Source: a virus
Taxonomy: Duplodnaviria; Caudoviricetes
IMG/VR virus record: IMGVR_UViG_3300021142_001969
Coordinates: 1 to 51,610 of that record
Strand: one strand, 5' to 3'
DNA: 51,610 nt
A program made the translations under genes and the position numbers. The notes under the pieces were generated by a model. That model saw only the letters and a list, made by a program, of their open reading frames with translations. It was not told the origin of the DNA and ran no database searches. Shown in pieces: positions 28,901 through 37,945 of this stretch (within the stretch, counting starts at the first letter, position 1; every line of letters starts with the position of its first letter).

Positions 28901-29778
28901 AGAAAGCCGCTGATGATAAGAAAAAGCTGGAAGAGGATACTGCAAAGAAGATCCTTGAAATCAGGAAAGTATTAAAACAAAAAGAGGACCAGTTAGCAAA
29001 AGAATCTTATGCACTTGCTACTGAAATGGTTGATGCAAAATTTGAGAATGAAAAGAATGCTATTCAGAATCAAATCAACCTTTCAAATGCTATGTATGAT
29101 AATGAATTGAAAAACATTGCTAATTCTACCTTATCAAACAGGCAAAAAGCAGAACAAACTATTGTTCTTAATTCTCAAAAGGCACAAGCTGAGAAGCAAT
29201 TACAGAAGGAGCAGAAAGATGCAGATATTGCCAAGGCTAAATTTGATAGAGATGCTGCTATAGCAGAAGTTACTTGGCAAACAGCAAGAGCAATTATGAA
29301 AGATACTGCTGGTGTACCATGGCCATTAAGTCTGGAAGTTGGGTTAGCAGATGCCGCATTAGGAGCTGTTCAGGTTGCAGCTATCCTTGCTAAGCAAATT
29401 CCAAAGTATGCTGAAGGTACGGATAGTCACCCTGGTGGATATGCCTTAGTGGGCGAGGGTAAATATGCAGAGTGGGTGCAGACTCCATCAGGAGGATTCA
29501 TGATAGATAAACCAACGTTACTTGATCTTCCTGCTACCACATCCGTAACTCCTCTAACCAATAATACGATTAATGAGATTGTTCTTAATAATATGGTTAA
29601 GAGCAATGAGGTTAACGAGAATAAGACACAAACAGTAAACCCCTGGGAAGTAGCACGTTGGCAAACAGCGCAATTAAAAGCTGCATTTAATAAATCGCAA
29701 ACGGTTAGGGTTCGTAATACAGTGATAATTGATGGCAGAGAACAGGAATGGATTAACAAGAAAATATTAGGAAGATGA
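25981..29778 (+). CDS. Tail tape measure protein
   Basis: 1265 aa, Ala/Lys/Gln coiled-coil, RSVGNY, hydrophobic segments, YAEGT..HPGG.A.VGE. Confidence 0.92.
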   Translation: MAGVTNIIELGFNVQDLTEQKQQVLTVLLDMFEQIKQYDGTRINPINLGGVAELRGAIQQQTIILEEIRGGFDKYNKILSDNIAQQARVAQAINDNVSSNNKNKTSIDEITKYTEKLTKAQSDEAKAVAELKVQIAAQNAENKNTAIINTAAADSLVQLQAKLKAAQASYDGMDAAIRDNTEAGVKAKAKVVELTAAVSALEQSTGRHQRSVGNYTGALKPLEALMAQLKAKIDAVTSSGVANDEVLAKLNHSYTAVASIVSTTSAGFTSVTQEIRQSEKALQTLNAAGLGGTEEFKKLQQEVANAKREFNEFAKGQKIMESQAPVLTALTSAAKGLSGAYAVGAGASALFADGNEKVEKELAKLMAIMTFIQGLNEVHALLQEKNTILTVIQTAATATLTKAKQMLGLANIEQAETAEVAAGAMEMETVATEAATGATFGLADAIVMTGIGAIIIALVWGVSKLVGVVGNWVNADEKAIEKNKELASISKELNEILKAQSEIVSEDAQKIINMYENQLNKAKAIGSNQIQQFAIEKKLNDAKLFQADQVIDKLGITHDKVFDLSATYIEQQGWLERLLESEAKYIKNGEKVPEKLKKQIEAQKEMSSSTKTLWEEGKKALEDKDKAEKAIEVQKLTEDKYNADEFRKLTLETAKIEANSVIEKNTLILNNERSTLAQRVSALKSNAAENKAIAKAEYDAIKSDPTQSDDSKKIALLKYQADRKKITNEARANELKVIETYNQRELAAHLSINDALISIQKKMYDTIASDNKNSLELRISALQSSVNDEKQILQNELEFKIQQAKVQGKTDTEIMAIRTENAAKLQELTEATGKKVYDITISWGEKTAKDLAEQKTNAAATKTTQNYDAELSKLNEGLAKQKISYSKYLIERKKLDDKYLTDKDSADIADDQAELDRLKKHGEEIAAQKKQAEAELGNAQGNDDPEAVIKAQQSLSALLQLEKTNNKLIADEDKKAADDKKKLEEDTAKKILEIRKVLKQKEDQLAKESYALATEMVDAKFENEKNAIQNQINLSNAMYDNELKNIANSTLSNRQKAEQTIVLNSQKAQAEKQLQKEQKDADIAKAKFDRDAAIAEVTWQTARAIMKDTAGVPWPLSLEVGLADAALGAVQVAAILAKQIPKYAEGTDSHPGGYALVGEGKYAEWVQTPSGGFMIDKPTLLDLPATTSVTPLTNNTINEIVLNNMVKSNEVNENKTQTVNPWEVARWQTAQLKAAFNKSQTVRVRNTVIIDGREQEWINKKILGR

Positions 29779-32700
29779 GTGGAATAGTATCAAAGAAGAA
29801 ATTAATGTTCCTTTTACTGGATAGCCAGAACCGTTCCTATTACTGGAATGGCACTAATGCTGTTACTTCTGCTCAACCGGTATGGCTTCAACAGAACCCG
29901 GATAACTGGAAAAACATTTCATTAAAGTTTGCGACTAATCAAAAATACTTTTCTACATTAAGAACTTTCAGTGATCCTATTGAGTTGGTTGATGATGGAG
30001 CAAATATTATATTGGATAGATTTCATAATGGTGCCGGTACTGAAGAAATAATGTATCTGGCCATGTTAATTAGCAGACCAGATTTAGGATTGAATTATTA
30101 TAAGCTGGAATATAAATCAAGGATAGATTTTAGCAAGATTAAACAGAATCCACGAACTGGGGTATCGATTAATCTGTTACAGGATGATGTATTTGCTTTG
30201 ATTCAGGCGAACGAGAATGCAGTTTACTCTATTGATTGTAATGCTAGTAATCCTTCTGCTATTCAGGTTCTGTTTGATGGAGTTTCTTTGCAGGATAAGG
30301 CTAATTACGAAATAATATCCTTTACTAATCAATTCGGGAATGGAAGCGACTATACAGTATTGCCAATAAGCTATTTATCGAATGATGGGGATAATGTAAA
30401 TGCTATTCTTTCATCTCAAGAGTTACAAGTATTATCCACGTTAGCTGGGTCTACAAACTATTTATTGAACTACTCTAATTCAGATATAATCGTAACCATA
30501 AAAGGGCAGATTAAATTCAAATGCAATAGCGGCGGGGCTTATCATATTTATCCAACTTATCTAAGTAGTGGAATGCCAAGTAGTGGCCGATTGCCATTTA
30601 TATTTATGAGTAATCCAATTACAGGGCTTATTGCAGGTCAGGTAGAAGATTTCCCAATAAACATTTCATTTAATTTGCCACGAGGTGAAGGGTTATTTAT
30701 AATGGCTGACGGAGGATATCCTAATGGGGCAAATGTTACCCATTATGCTTCTTCTTTATATATTTCATTTCAAACAAAACAGATTCCAACAATCTCTTAT
30801 GCTCTCCGTCCATTGGATTATTTGCAGCAATTAGTAAGTAAAATAACCGACAATCAATTTACTGTTAACAGCAAGTTCTTTTCTGCCAATAATAAAAAAG
30901 TTATTCTTTCTGGCTCTTCAATACGTGGTTACTCAGATGCCAAAATACAATGTTCATTCTCTGATTTTTTTACCTCATACAATGTACCTTATAATCTTTC
31001 GCTGACTGTCAGAGATGGAGTTCTTTGGATAGAACCAAAGGAGGATTTATATAATAATAATCAGGAGCTTTTGGAATTAGGAGAAGTTTCAGCAATTGAT
31101 ATTGAAGTTGCAACAGAATATATTTACAATTCCGTTCAGATAGGATATGTAAAGCAGATTTACAACCAAAGAAATGGTCGTTATGAAACCAATTGCTTAC
31201 ACAACTATAAAACTCCAATCAATAATGTAATCAATAATTTAAGCCTCATTTCTAAATATCGTACTGATTCATTTGGAATTGAATTTATCAGGTCGTTAAA
31301 TGGTCAGGACACTAAAGATGATAAAGGAGATAAAGAAATATTTGCTGTAATGATTACCGATGCAATCGGCACTACAACGGGAGAAACTCCAACGGCTATA
31401 GTATTTAATGTAGACACATTCTTTGTTGATGCTCCTATAATTACTGTTCCTACTATCGGAGCAACTGTTTATAATACCAATCCTACTATTTTTGGAACAG
31501 CACAGCCATTTCACACAATCAATGTTTATGTTGATGGATTTGTTGACGGCACCACCGTTGCAGATGCAAATGGTTACTGGTCGTATAATATCGTTAAGGT
31601 ATTACAGACTAAGACTTTGTTTTTAAATGGACAGCATACCGTTGAAGCTTCTCAAACAGATGTTACAGGTAACACTGGCCCATTGAGTGCGCAGGTAGTT
31701 TTTGTAGTAGATATTTCTCAGTCGAATATTCTTATAATTACAGCACCATCCAATAATAGTTCGCTATATAATAACCTGCCACTTTTAAAAGGATATGGCA
31801 TTTCTGGAGATACTGTTACTTTGAAGGATAATGGAACAACTATTACAACAGTAATTCCTGACAATTCTGGTTATTGGCAATATCAGATAATCACTCCATT
31901 ATCAAATGCAGTTCATACCATTACGGCAATATCTACTTTAAATGGTGCAATTGCTACTATTAATATTACTGTCAATACTGCTGTTTCATCTCCATTGATA
32001 ACTTCAATTGTACAGAATCAAACAATTTACAGTAATACTCCAACAATTAAAGGGGTGGCTGTACCTGGTGCTACAGTAAATATTTATGTTGATGGAGGTA
32101 TAATTACCCCACCATCTGTTGTTCCTACCCCAGATGCAACAGTAACAGCAGATAGCAATGGTGATTGGAGTTGGACCTACAACCTTCAATATAATTTAGA
32201 TAACAGAACGGTCATACCTAATCCGGGAGTAGTAATTCCTTTGCCTGATGGAGGGCATGTATTTTCAACCACTCCGGATAATGCAGAAGTTCAACTTCAA
32301 ATCAGTGGTTATAAACTGATGCGTGGTACTACCGGAGATGGTTCTGTATGTGATTTTGATACTATAATTCTGGATGACAGCTTTGTACCTACAGGAGTAG
32401 ATCCTTCTACATTGCCAGATAGTTTAGGACGCTTTTTGCATACTGAAACCTTGTTTAATATTCTGGATACTTCTCCATTAAGATGTTTGAGAAAATGGGA
32501 TAATTTTATAAACGGAGGTCTTTACAGACAGAATGGCCAGCTAATTACATTCAATGGAGCGGAAATGAACAGTAATCTCTCTACTTCAAAAAATGGAGTT
32601 GTGTTAAATGAGAATGCTAATGTGAATGTTAATGATATGGCAGCTCCTTTCTTTTATCCTTTATGGTTGAATTTTACTACTAAAGTGCCTGACACTTTCA

Positions 32701-33830
32701 ATGATATCATGACTGGTATTAATAACGTAGGTTATTTATCGCTCGAATTTAAAGGGATCCAATTATACGCTTTGCCAATTGGTACAATGCAAATGAGGCC
32801 GGCAACAGATGAAGCGCAACAATGGAAGCTGTTATGTTCTGCCAAGACAACACTTTCAAATTTATTAATACTGAACAATTCAGGACAAACATTTCAAATT
32901 GGAAAGAATATGATATACATATCTGATTTAAATCCATTGCATTTTGTGCAGTACGATTTTACCCCACCAGCACAATACAATAGTGCTAACTTATATCAGG
33001 ACTGGTTTAAGAATAGGTTTTTAAATTGGGTGGGAAATCCTGATTATTTACAGAAGTGGCAAAATACTGATAAGATCAATTTGCAGGTGATCACTAATGA
33101 AACAAGTACATTGACATTGCAGATGTATAACTGTGTAACCCAGAAACTAATCAATACTTATACCTTTTCTGCAGTTTCTTCTCCGGTACAGACCCCAATG
33201 ATATTGCAACAACTATCAATAGATTTATCTGGTGTTGCAGATGGCCAATATGTTTTTGTTCTTTATTCAGGCATTACACCTATTGCGATAGCTGAAAAAA
33301 TAAATTTAGCGGCATCATGGCCAACAACGTATCTGATAGAGTATGGCAAGAGTAAAAATAAAGTTGATTACTTTTTTTCAACTGGTATTAAACCTATGAT
33401 AAGAGTTGAAGCTTTCTGGATGCCTTATGAACCATACAGTGAGGTTAATAATTACGAGGATGAGATGGGAGACTTTGAAATATTGAGAGGAGTGCCATTG
33501 AAAAAGAGGACACTTACTTTGGGTGGTAGTCCGGATTATATTCCTGACTGGATGGTAATTAAGCTGAATCAGATATTATTACTTGATCAATGCTTTATCG
33601 AAAATGAACAGGTTGCCAGGACCAATGATAGTAAGTTGGAGAAAAGCGAAGATGTACCTGGTTATCCAATGAACTATTATAAGATAGAGCTGGTATTAGC
33701 AAATAATGAGACAGGTAATACATTCCTTACACCTGCAGATAATAATAAGAGAACAACATTATTCACATTGGATGCAACTGCTTTTGGACAATCTGACGGA
33801 ACAGTTGATGTACAAATAACCAACAATTAA
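29775..33830 (+). CDS. Tail tip/hub protein with inserted bacterial Ig-like repeats
   Basis: Follows the TMP; three P.IT..P.I.G...TV.....G....AD.NG.W repeats. Confidence 0.8.
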   Translation: MSGIVSKKKLMFLLLDSQNRSYYWNGTNAVTSAQPVWLQQNPDNWKNISLKFATNQKYFSTLRTFSDPIELVDDGANIILDRFHNGAGTEEIMYLAMLISRPDLGLNYYKLEYKSRIDFSKIKQNPRTGVSINLLQDDVFALIQANENAVYSIDCNASNPSAIQVLFDGVSLQDKANYEIISFTNQFGNGSDYTVLPISYLSNDGDNVNAILSSQELQVLSTLAGSTNYLLNYSNSDIIVTIKGQIKFKCNSGGAYHIYPTYLSSGMPSSGRLPFIFMSNPITGLIAGQVEDFPINISFNLPRGEGLFIMADGGYPNGANVTHYASSLYISFQTKQIPTISYALRPLDYLQQLVSKITDNQFTVNSKFFSANNKKVILSGSSIRGYSDAKIQCSFSDFFTSYNVPYNLSLTVRDGVLWIEPKEDLYNNNQELLELGEVSAIDIEVATEYIYNSVQIGYVKQIYNQRNGRYETNCLHNYKTPINNVINNLSLISKYRTDSFGIEFIRSLNGQDTKDDKGDKEIFAVMITDAIGTTTGETPTAIVFNVDTFFVDAPIITVPTIGATVYNTNPTIFGTAQPFHTINVYVDGFVDGTTVADANGYWSYNIVKVLQTKTLFLNGQHTVEASQTDVTGNTGPLSAQVVFVVDISQSNILIITAPSNNSSLYNNLPLLKGYGISGDTVTLKDNGTTITTVIPDNSGYWQYQIITPLSNAVHTITAISTLNGAIATINITVNTAVSSPLITSIVQNQTIYSNTPTIKGVAVPGATVNIYVDGGIITPPSVVPTPDATVTADSNGDWSWTYNLQYNLDNRTVIPNPGVVIPLPDGGHVFSTTPDNAEVQLQISGYKLMRGTTGDGSVCDFDTIILDDSFVPTGVDPSTLPDSLGRFLHTETLFNILDTSPLRCLRKWDNFINGGLYRQNGQLITFNGAEMNSNLSTSKNGVVLNENANVNVNDMAAPFFYPLWLNFTTKVPDTFNDIMTGINNVGYLSLEFKGIQLYALPIGTMQMRPATDEAQQWKLLCSAKTTLSNLLILNNSGQTFQIGKNMIYISDLNPLHFVQYDFTPPAQYNSANLYQDWFKNRFLNWVGNPDYLQKWQNTDKINLQVITNETSTLTLQMYNCVTQKLINTYTFSAVSSPVQTPMILQQLSIDLSGVADGQYVFVLYSGITPIAIAEKINLAASWPTTYLIEYGKSKNKVDYFFSTGIKPMIRVEAFWMPYEPYSEVNNYEDEMGDFEILRGVPLKKRTLTLGGSPDYIPDWMVIKLNQILLLDQCFIENEQVARTNDSKLEKSEDVPGYPMNYYKIELVLANNETGNTFLTPADNNKRTTLFTLDATAFGQSDGTVDVQITNN

Positions 33831-33832
33831 TT

Positions 33833-35263
33833 ATGAGCACAGTTAACTTAAATATTTATACCAGTGCATGGGCAACCATTACAAATAATATAGTTTGTAA
33901 TGTTTACGCTCAAAGTGACCCTTCTGCAATAGTGGCAACTTTAACCGATACTACTACTGGTCATCCTGCTCGCACATGGAGCTTCCCTGGATTAGCAAGA
34001 GCAAACTATAGATTTGAATTTTTAGAGGTAACAACAAGTGGCATTACAGTTCAGAGCCTTGGTAGCATGGATGTTGTTCCAAGTTCTGAAAATGGGTATA
34101 CCTTCAGGTCGCCTGCATTAATTCAATGTGGAGTTACTACCGGAGTTAGCAGTGGAACTAATTCACTAACATTGGATGGTACCGGTGGTGCTCCAGATAT
34201 AAGAGGATGGGCAATAAATATTGAGCGTATATCTATGGGTACAATAAAGCCTGGTACTGATTATTCATATAACCAGACAACAGGATTAATTACATTACTT
34301 AATTCAGGTGATATATTCCAACCAAATGAATGGTTTAATATTTCCTTTCAGCCTCAGACTAATGTTGTTGCCGATTCTGTTCCATCATTAAACGTGTTTA
34401 ATTCGGCAGCAATAGTTAATGGGAATTATTCGATCCTTACTACTGATTTTGGCACAAAGCTTATCATAAAGCCTACTACAAGTAATGGTTATCTTGAATT
34501 GCAATTGCCTGATATTGCTACGGTGGTGGCAAACAAGGTATTATTTATTGAAATGGATGGTGGTAATTGTGCTAAGTTCATAACCCATAGCGGAAATGTT
34601 ATTAACTGGTTGCAGGGAGGAAGGACGAATTTATTTATATGTCCTAATGAGAAGTTATCAATTTACAAGTTTATTGATACTTCTACAGGTAGTCCTGTAA
34701 GTAGTTGGAGGATTCATGATGCTTATGGCAACTTTATGAATGTTGGTCAGATGACCAGTGATGATCAGATACAAGCGAATGTTTATAATAAAATTGCTCT
34801 TGTAGGTACTCAATGTGATGTATATCAACAAGCCAGACTTTATAACGATTTTGTTCTTGCTCTTCCTTCAGGTCAGGTTTGCAATTATGATGATTGGGGA
34901 ACCGGTAATAATAAATATAAATACTCATTAGCTAATAGTTCAATTTCTTCCAATGCCAATAAGTTTATGGTACCAGACAGAAGAAATTTGTTTGAGCGCA
35001 TGACAAATGGAACAAGAGTAGCAGGGGATTTTCAAGCTGATACCGTAGGAACGCATGACCATATTATGCATGGCAAAGGTTCTATTGGTGGTTCTGGTTC
35101 AAGGAATTTTTTAAGTAAAGGTAATAATGCATACTCAGGAGGTGGAGGAGATAATTTTGGTGGTTCTAATACTCCTGATACAACTTTACGAACTGGTGAT
35201 AATGCCAGTGGTCAGGAAACAGCGCCCAAAAATTATGCTGTTAATAAATATGTTTTAATCTAA
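33833..35263 (+). CDS. Tail fibre with collar-like C-terminus
   Basis: FMVPDRRNLFER, GDFQAD..HDH, ETAPKNYAV. Confidence 0.8.
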   Translation: MSTVNLNIYTSAWATITNNIVCNVYAQSDPSAIVATLTDTTTGHPARTWSFPGLARANYRFEFLEVTTSGITVQSLGSMDVVPSSENGYTFRSPALIQCGVTTGVSSGTNSLTLDGTGGAPDIRGWAINIERISMGTIKPGTDYSYNQTTGLITLLNSGDIFQPNEWFNISFQPQTNVVADSVPSLNVFNSAAIVNGNYSILTTDFGTKLIIKPTTSNGYLELQLPDIATVVANKVLFIEMDGGNCAKFITHSGNVINWLQGGRTNLFICPNEKLSIYKFIDTSTGSPVSSWRIHDAYGNFMNVGQMTSDDQIQANVYNKIALVGTQCDVYQQARLYNDFVLALPSGQVCNYDDWGTGNNKYKYSLANSSISSNANKFMVPDRRNLFERMTNGTRVAGDFQADTVGTHDHIMHGKGSIGGSGSRNFLSKGNNAYSGGGGDNFGGSNTPDTTLRTGDNASGQETAPKNYAVNKYVLI

Positions 35264-35306
35264 AATAATTGACAATGTTAAGAAGTGTGCAAAAAATATG
35301 TTCGTT

Positions 35307-35330
35307 AAATACATACTATATGTATTTTTG
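35307..35330 (+). promoter_or_regulatory. Palindromic operator/promoter motif, copy 4
   Basis: AAATACATA-CTA-TATGTATTTTTG, 4 nt before ATG 35335. Confidence 0.8.
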
Positions 35331-35334
35331 TAAC

Positions 35335-37068
35335 ATGAAGCAAAAGATATTTCTTTTATTATTCGGGTTGTTTCTGATAGTTAGTGGCACTAACGCACAA
35401 TGGTTAAGACCAAACTGGAACTATGGAACTATACAAAATAGAATTAATCTTGATAGTACAATATTACTTCCAACTGGTTGTGGAGTACCTTCTGGTGCTA
35501 CTTCATTAAAATCAGTAGACCTTCATAAATCAGCTTTTTATTATGATAGTTGTGGCCATAATGCTTACTTCTATGATCCTTCTACACATTCGTGGGGAAC
35601 TGCTGGAGGTTCATCAACAGCGACCGGCTGGAACTCAATGCTTCAACAGAATCAACCACAGACTTCATACGGAGCTATTCATCTGGCAAACAATGGATTG
35701 GAGTTTGATAGTGCTACATCTTTTCAAATAGGTACTTGGAATTATCTTTATGGGCTTTTCAATTTAGACCAGATGGGTTTTGTTTCTATTGGCGATAGAA
35801 ATGAAGATGTAAACGGAACTTATATTGAGGTAAATGATAATTACGCATTTATAAGAACCAGAAGTGTCGATAATTACGGTGGAGATTGGTCAGGAGTAAA
35901 TTTAGATTTTGATAGCAAAAGATTTGACATAGGCGACTGGAATAATATCAACAATGGTACATTTATTAGAGTAGACGATGATAATAAATGTATATATATA
36001 ACTGCAAACGACTACGATAATACCGGAGGGATGTTGGGGATAAACCTATCTGAAGATAAAAACGGTAGCCTACATAGCAGAAGTGCGTATTTAGGAGACT
36101 TTAATCAAAATCAAAACGGAAACTATATATGGGTCAATGACGAGGATTCTAAAATATATACAAGTAGTGGAGATACCTATGGCAATAACTTGGTTGGACT
36201 TAGTTTGGACTTTGACAATAAGAAATTTCAACTTGGAGATTTTCAAAATAGAAATAATGGTGCACTGTTTACTATAGATGATGATAATGAAAAGGCGTAC
36301 ACAGATTTTGAAGGACACGGTGGCATAGGACTTAATGTTGATTATAATAATAGAATCTATCAATTAGGAGATTATAATGACAATAATAATTCAAATACCA
36401 TTACCATAGATGATGATAATTCAAGAGCATACATTTCGGGAAATAATTATTTAAATGGATTATTTGCTGCAAATTTTGGAGGAGCAGATGATGGCGCAAA
36501 TACAAATGGTAGTGTTTCAATAGGTGATTGGGATGGAGATAATAACAATACTTATTTAAAAGTAGATGATAACAATAGCGTTATATATACCTTAAATGGA
36601 GGAGGAGAAGAAGGATTTTTTTTAGATTTTAACACAGGAAATTTTTCGTTAGGAGATTATGCCAACAGATTTAATAACAATGTTTTGACCCTTGAAAATG
36701 ACGGAGGTAATGCAATATGGTTAAATAATGGCTCAGGGACTGGTTTGCACATGACTTTCAATGGTTCTTTTCAGTACGACTTAGGTGATTGGAATAGTAA
36801 TAATTTTATTAGGGTAAGTTGTGCAGACCAACAGACTCAATTTTATAACGGGCAAAGTATTGCAGCGTTTGACGGTGATAGTAATATTTATTTTCACTCT
36901 GGAGATAATGGAATACAGACATCAGATATTTATTATGGAGCAGGAACATTGTCACCAGAATGGAAACTGGGTGATTATACGAGTGATTCTGGAGCATTTG
37001 CAGAAGGATATATCAATGTAAGCATAGGAGGGCAGGAGTATTATATACTTGCTGCACATCCTTATTAA
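35335..37068 (+). CDS. Signal-peptide protein with ~8 (I/L)GD-N-rich beta repeats (fibre/adhesin-like)
   Basis: MKQKIFLLLFGLFLIVSGTNA|QW; repeats such as IGDWNNINNGTFIRVDDDN. Confidence 0.75.
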   Translation: MKQKIFLLLFGLFLIVSGTNAQWLRPNWNYGTIQNRINLDSTILLPTGCGVPSGATSLKSVDLHKSAFYYDSCGHNAYFYDPSTHSWGTAGGSSTATGWNSMLQQNQPQTSYGAIHLANNGLEFDSATSFQIGTWNYLYGLFNLDQMGFVSIGDRNEDVNGTYIEVNDNYAFIRTRSVDNYGGDWSGVNLDFDSKRFDIGDWNNINNGTFIRVDDDNKCIYITANDYDNTGGMLGINLSEDKNGSLHSRSAYLGDFNQNQNGNYIWVNDEDSKIYTSSGDTYGNNLVGLSLDFDNKKFQLGDFQNRNNGALFTIDDDNEKAYTDFEGHGGIGLNVDYNNRIYQLGDYNDNNNSNTITIDDDNSRAYISGNNYLNGLFAANFGGADDGANTNGSVSIGDWDGDNNNTYLKVDDNNSVIYTLNGGGEEGFFLDFNTGNFSLGDYANRFNNNVLTLENDGGNAIWLNNGSGTGLHMTFNGSFQYDLGDWNSNNFIRVSCADQQTQFYNGQSIAAFDGDSNIYFHSGDNGIQTSDIYYGAGTLSPEWKLGDYTSDSGAFAEGYINVSIGGQEYYILAAHPY

Positions 37069-37092
37069 TTAGTCATTTTTAAAACAACAAAT

Positions 37093-37437
37093 ATGAAACG
37101 TTTATTTCTGTCAGTTGCGATTTTACTCGCTTTAGGTGCTACTGCTCAACAGGCACCTCGTCAGGGTGGTAATAATGCCACTAAGTTTACAATTGATAGT
37201 ATCTCTATCACGGGTGTCGAGTTCAACACCTTAGTAATTAACACCCCTACCTTCAATGGTAATGTTGCGAGTGTGAACTACTCGTTGATGTATGTGGGAA
37301 CAGTAAGACAGCAATCTTACGCTCAATTGTCTTACAAAGATGTAGTGACAATTCCAGATACTGCATCTGTAAAATATGCGGTAAATACTATTGCTGTTAT
37401 ACTTGCTAATAAAAGAGGACTTACTATTATACATTAA
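37093..37437 (+). CDS. Small signal-peptide protein
   Basis: MKRLFLSVAILLALGATA|QQ. Confidence 0.75.
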   Translation: MKRLFLSVAILLALGATAQQAPRQGGNNATKFTIDSISITGVEFNTLVINTPTFNGNVASVNYSLMYVGTVRQQSYAQLSYKDVVTIPDTASVKYAVNTIAVILANKRGLTIIH

Positions 37438-37456
37438 TCTTTTTAACCCTTACATT

Positions 37457-37675
37457 ATGAGCCCAACACAATGGCAGGCAATTATAGCAGCGTTTGTGGC
37501 TGCTTTTACTCTATTAATTTTTATCATAAACTTATTTAGTCGGATAAGAACTTTAGAAGTTGAAGTTTCTCAATTAAGAGAAAATGAGAAGAATACTAAC
37601 AGCAAGTTCGATGAAATAATGGTTCTGCTAAGAGAGGTGCTTGTAAAGCTGGAGGGTAAACAAAATAGGATATAA
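37457..37675 (+). CDS. Holin/antiholin-like membrane protein (1 TM plus coiled coil)
   Basis: N-terminal TM then heptad pattern. Confidence 0.55.
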   Translation: MSPTQWQAIIAAFVAAFTLLIFIINLFSRIRTLEVEVSQLRENEKNTNSKFDEIMVLLREVLVKLEGKQNRI

Positions 37676-37698
37676 TATTCATCATAAAATAAAGTAAA

Positions 37699-37941
37699 AT
37701 GAAAGAGTTTTTAAGTAATCTGGTAAAAATCAAGATTACCGACCTATTGGCAATATTGATTACACTGGGGTCATTTGGTTTTCTGTATGCTCTTCTATTC
37801 ATTAAAGTGCCTGACAGTAACAAAGACATTACCAATATTACTATCGGGTTTGTTCTTGGCTCTTTCGTTGCAGGTGTTGCTGGGTTTTATTTCGGTGCAA
37901 GTAAGAAAGATACACCAATTCAAGACCTACCAAAACCATAG
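37699..37941 (+). CDS. Holin-like protein (2 TM)
   Basis: Two hydrophobic helices, P..NKDI, FYFGAS. Confidence 0.65.
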   Translation: MKEFLSNLVKIKITDLLAILITLGSFGFLYALLFIKVPDSNKDITNITIGFVLGSFVAGVAGFYFGASKKDTPIQDLPKP

Positions 37942-37945
37942 TAGT

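Noticed and set aside
35335-37068. Diversity-generating retroelement target (Asn-rich)
   Set aside because: No reverse transcriptase ORF and no near-identical TR/VR pair seen
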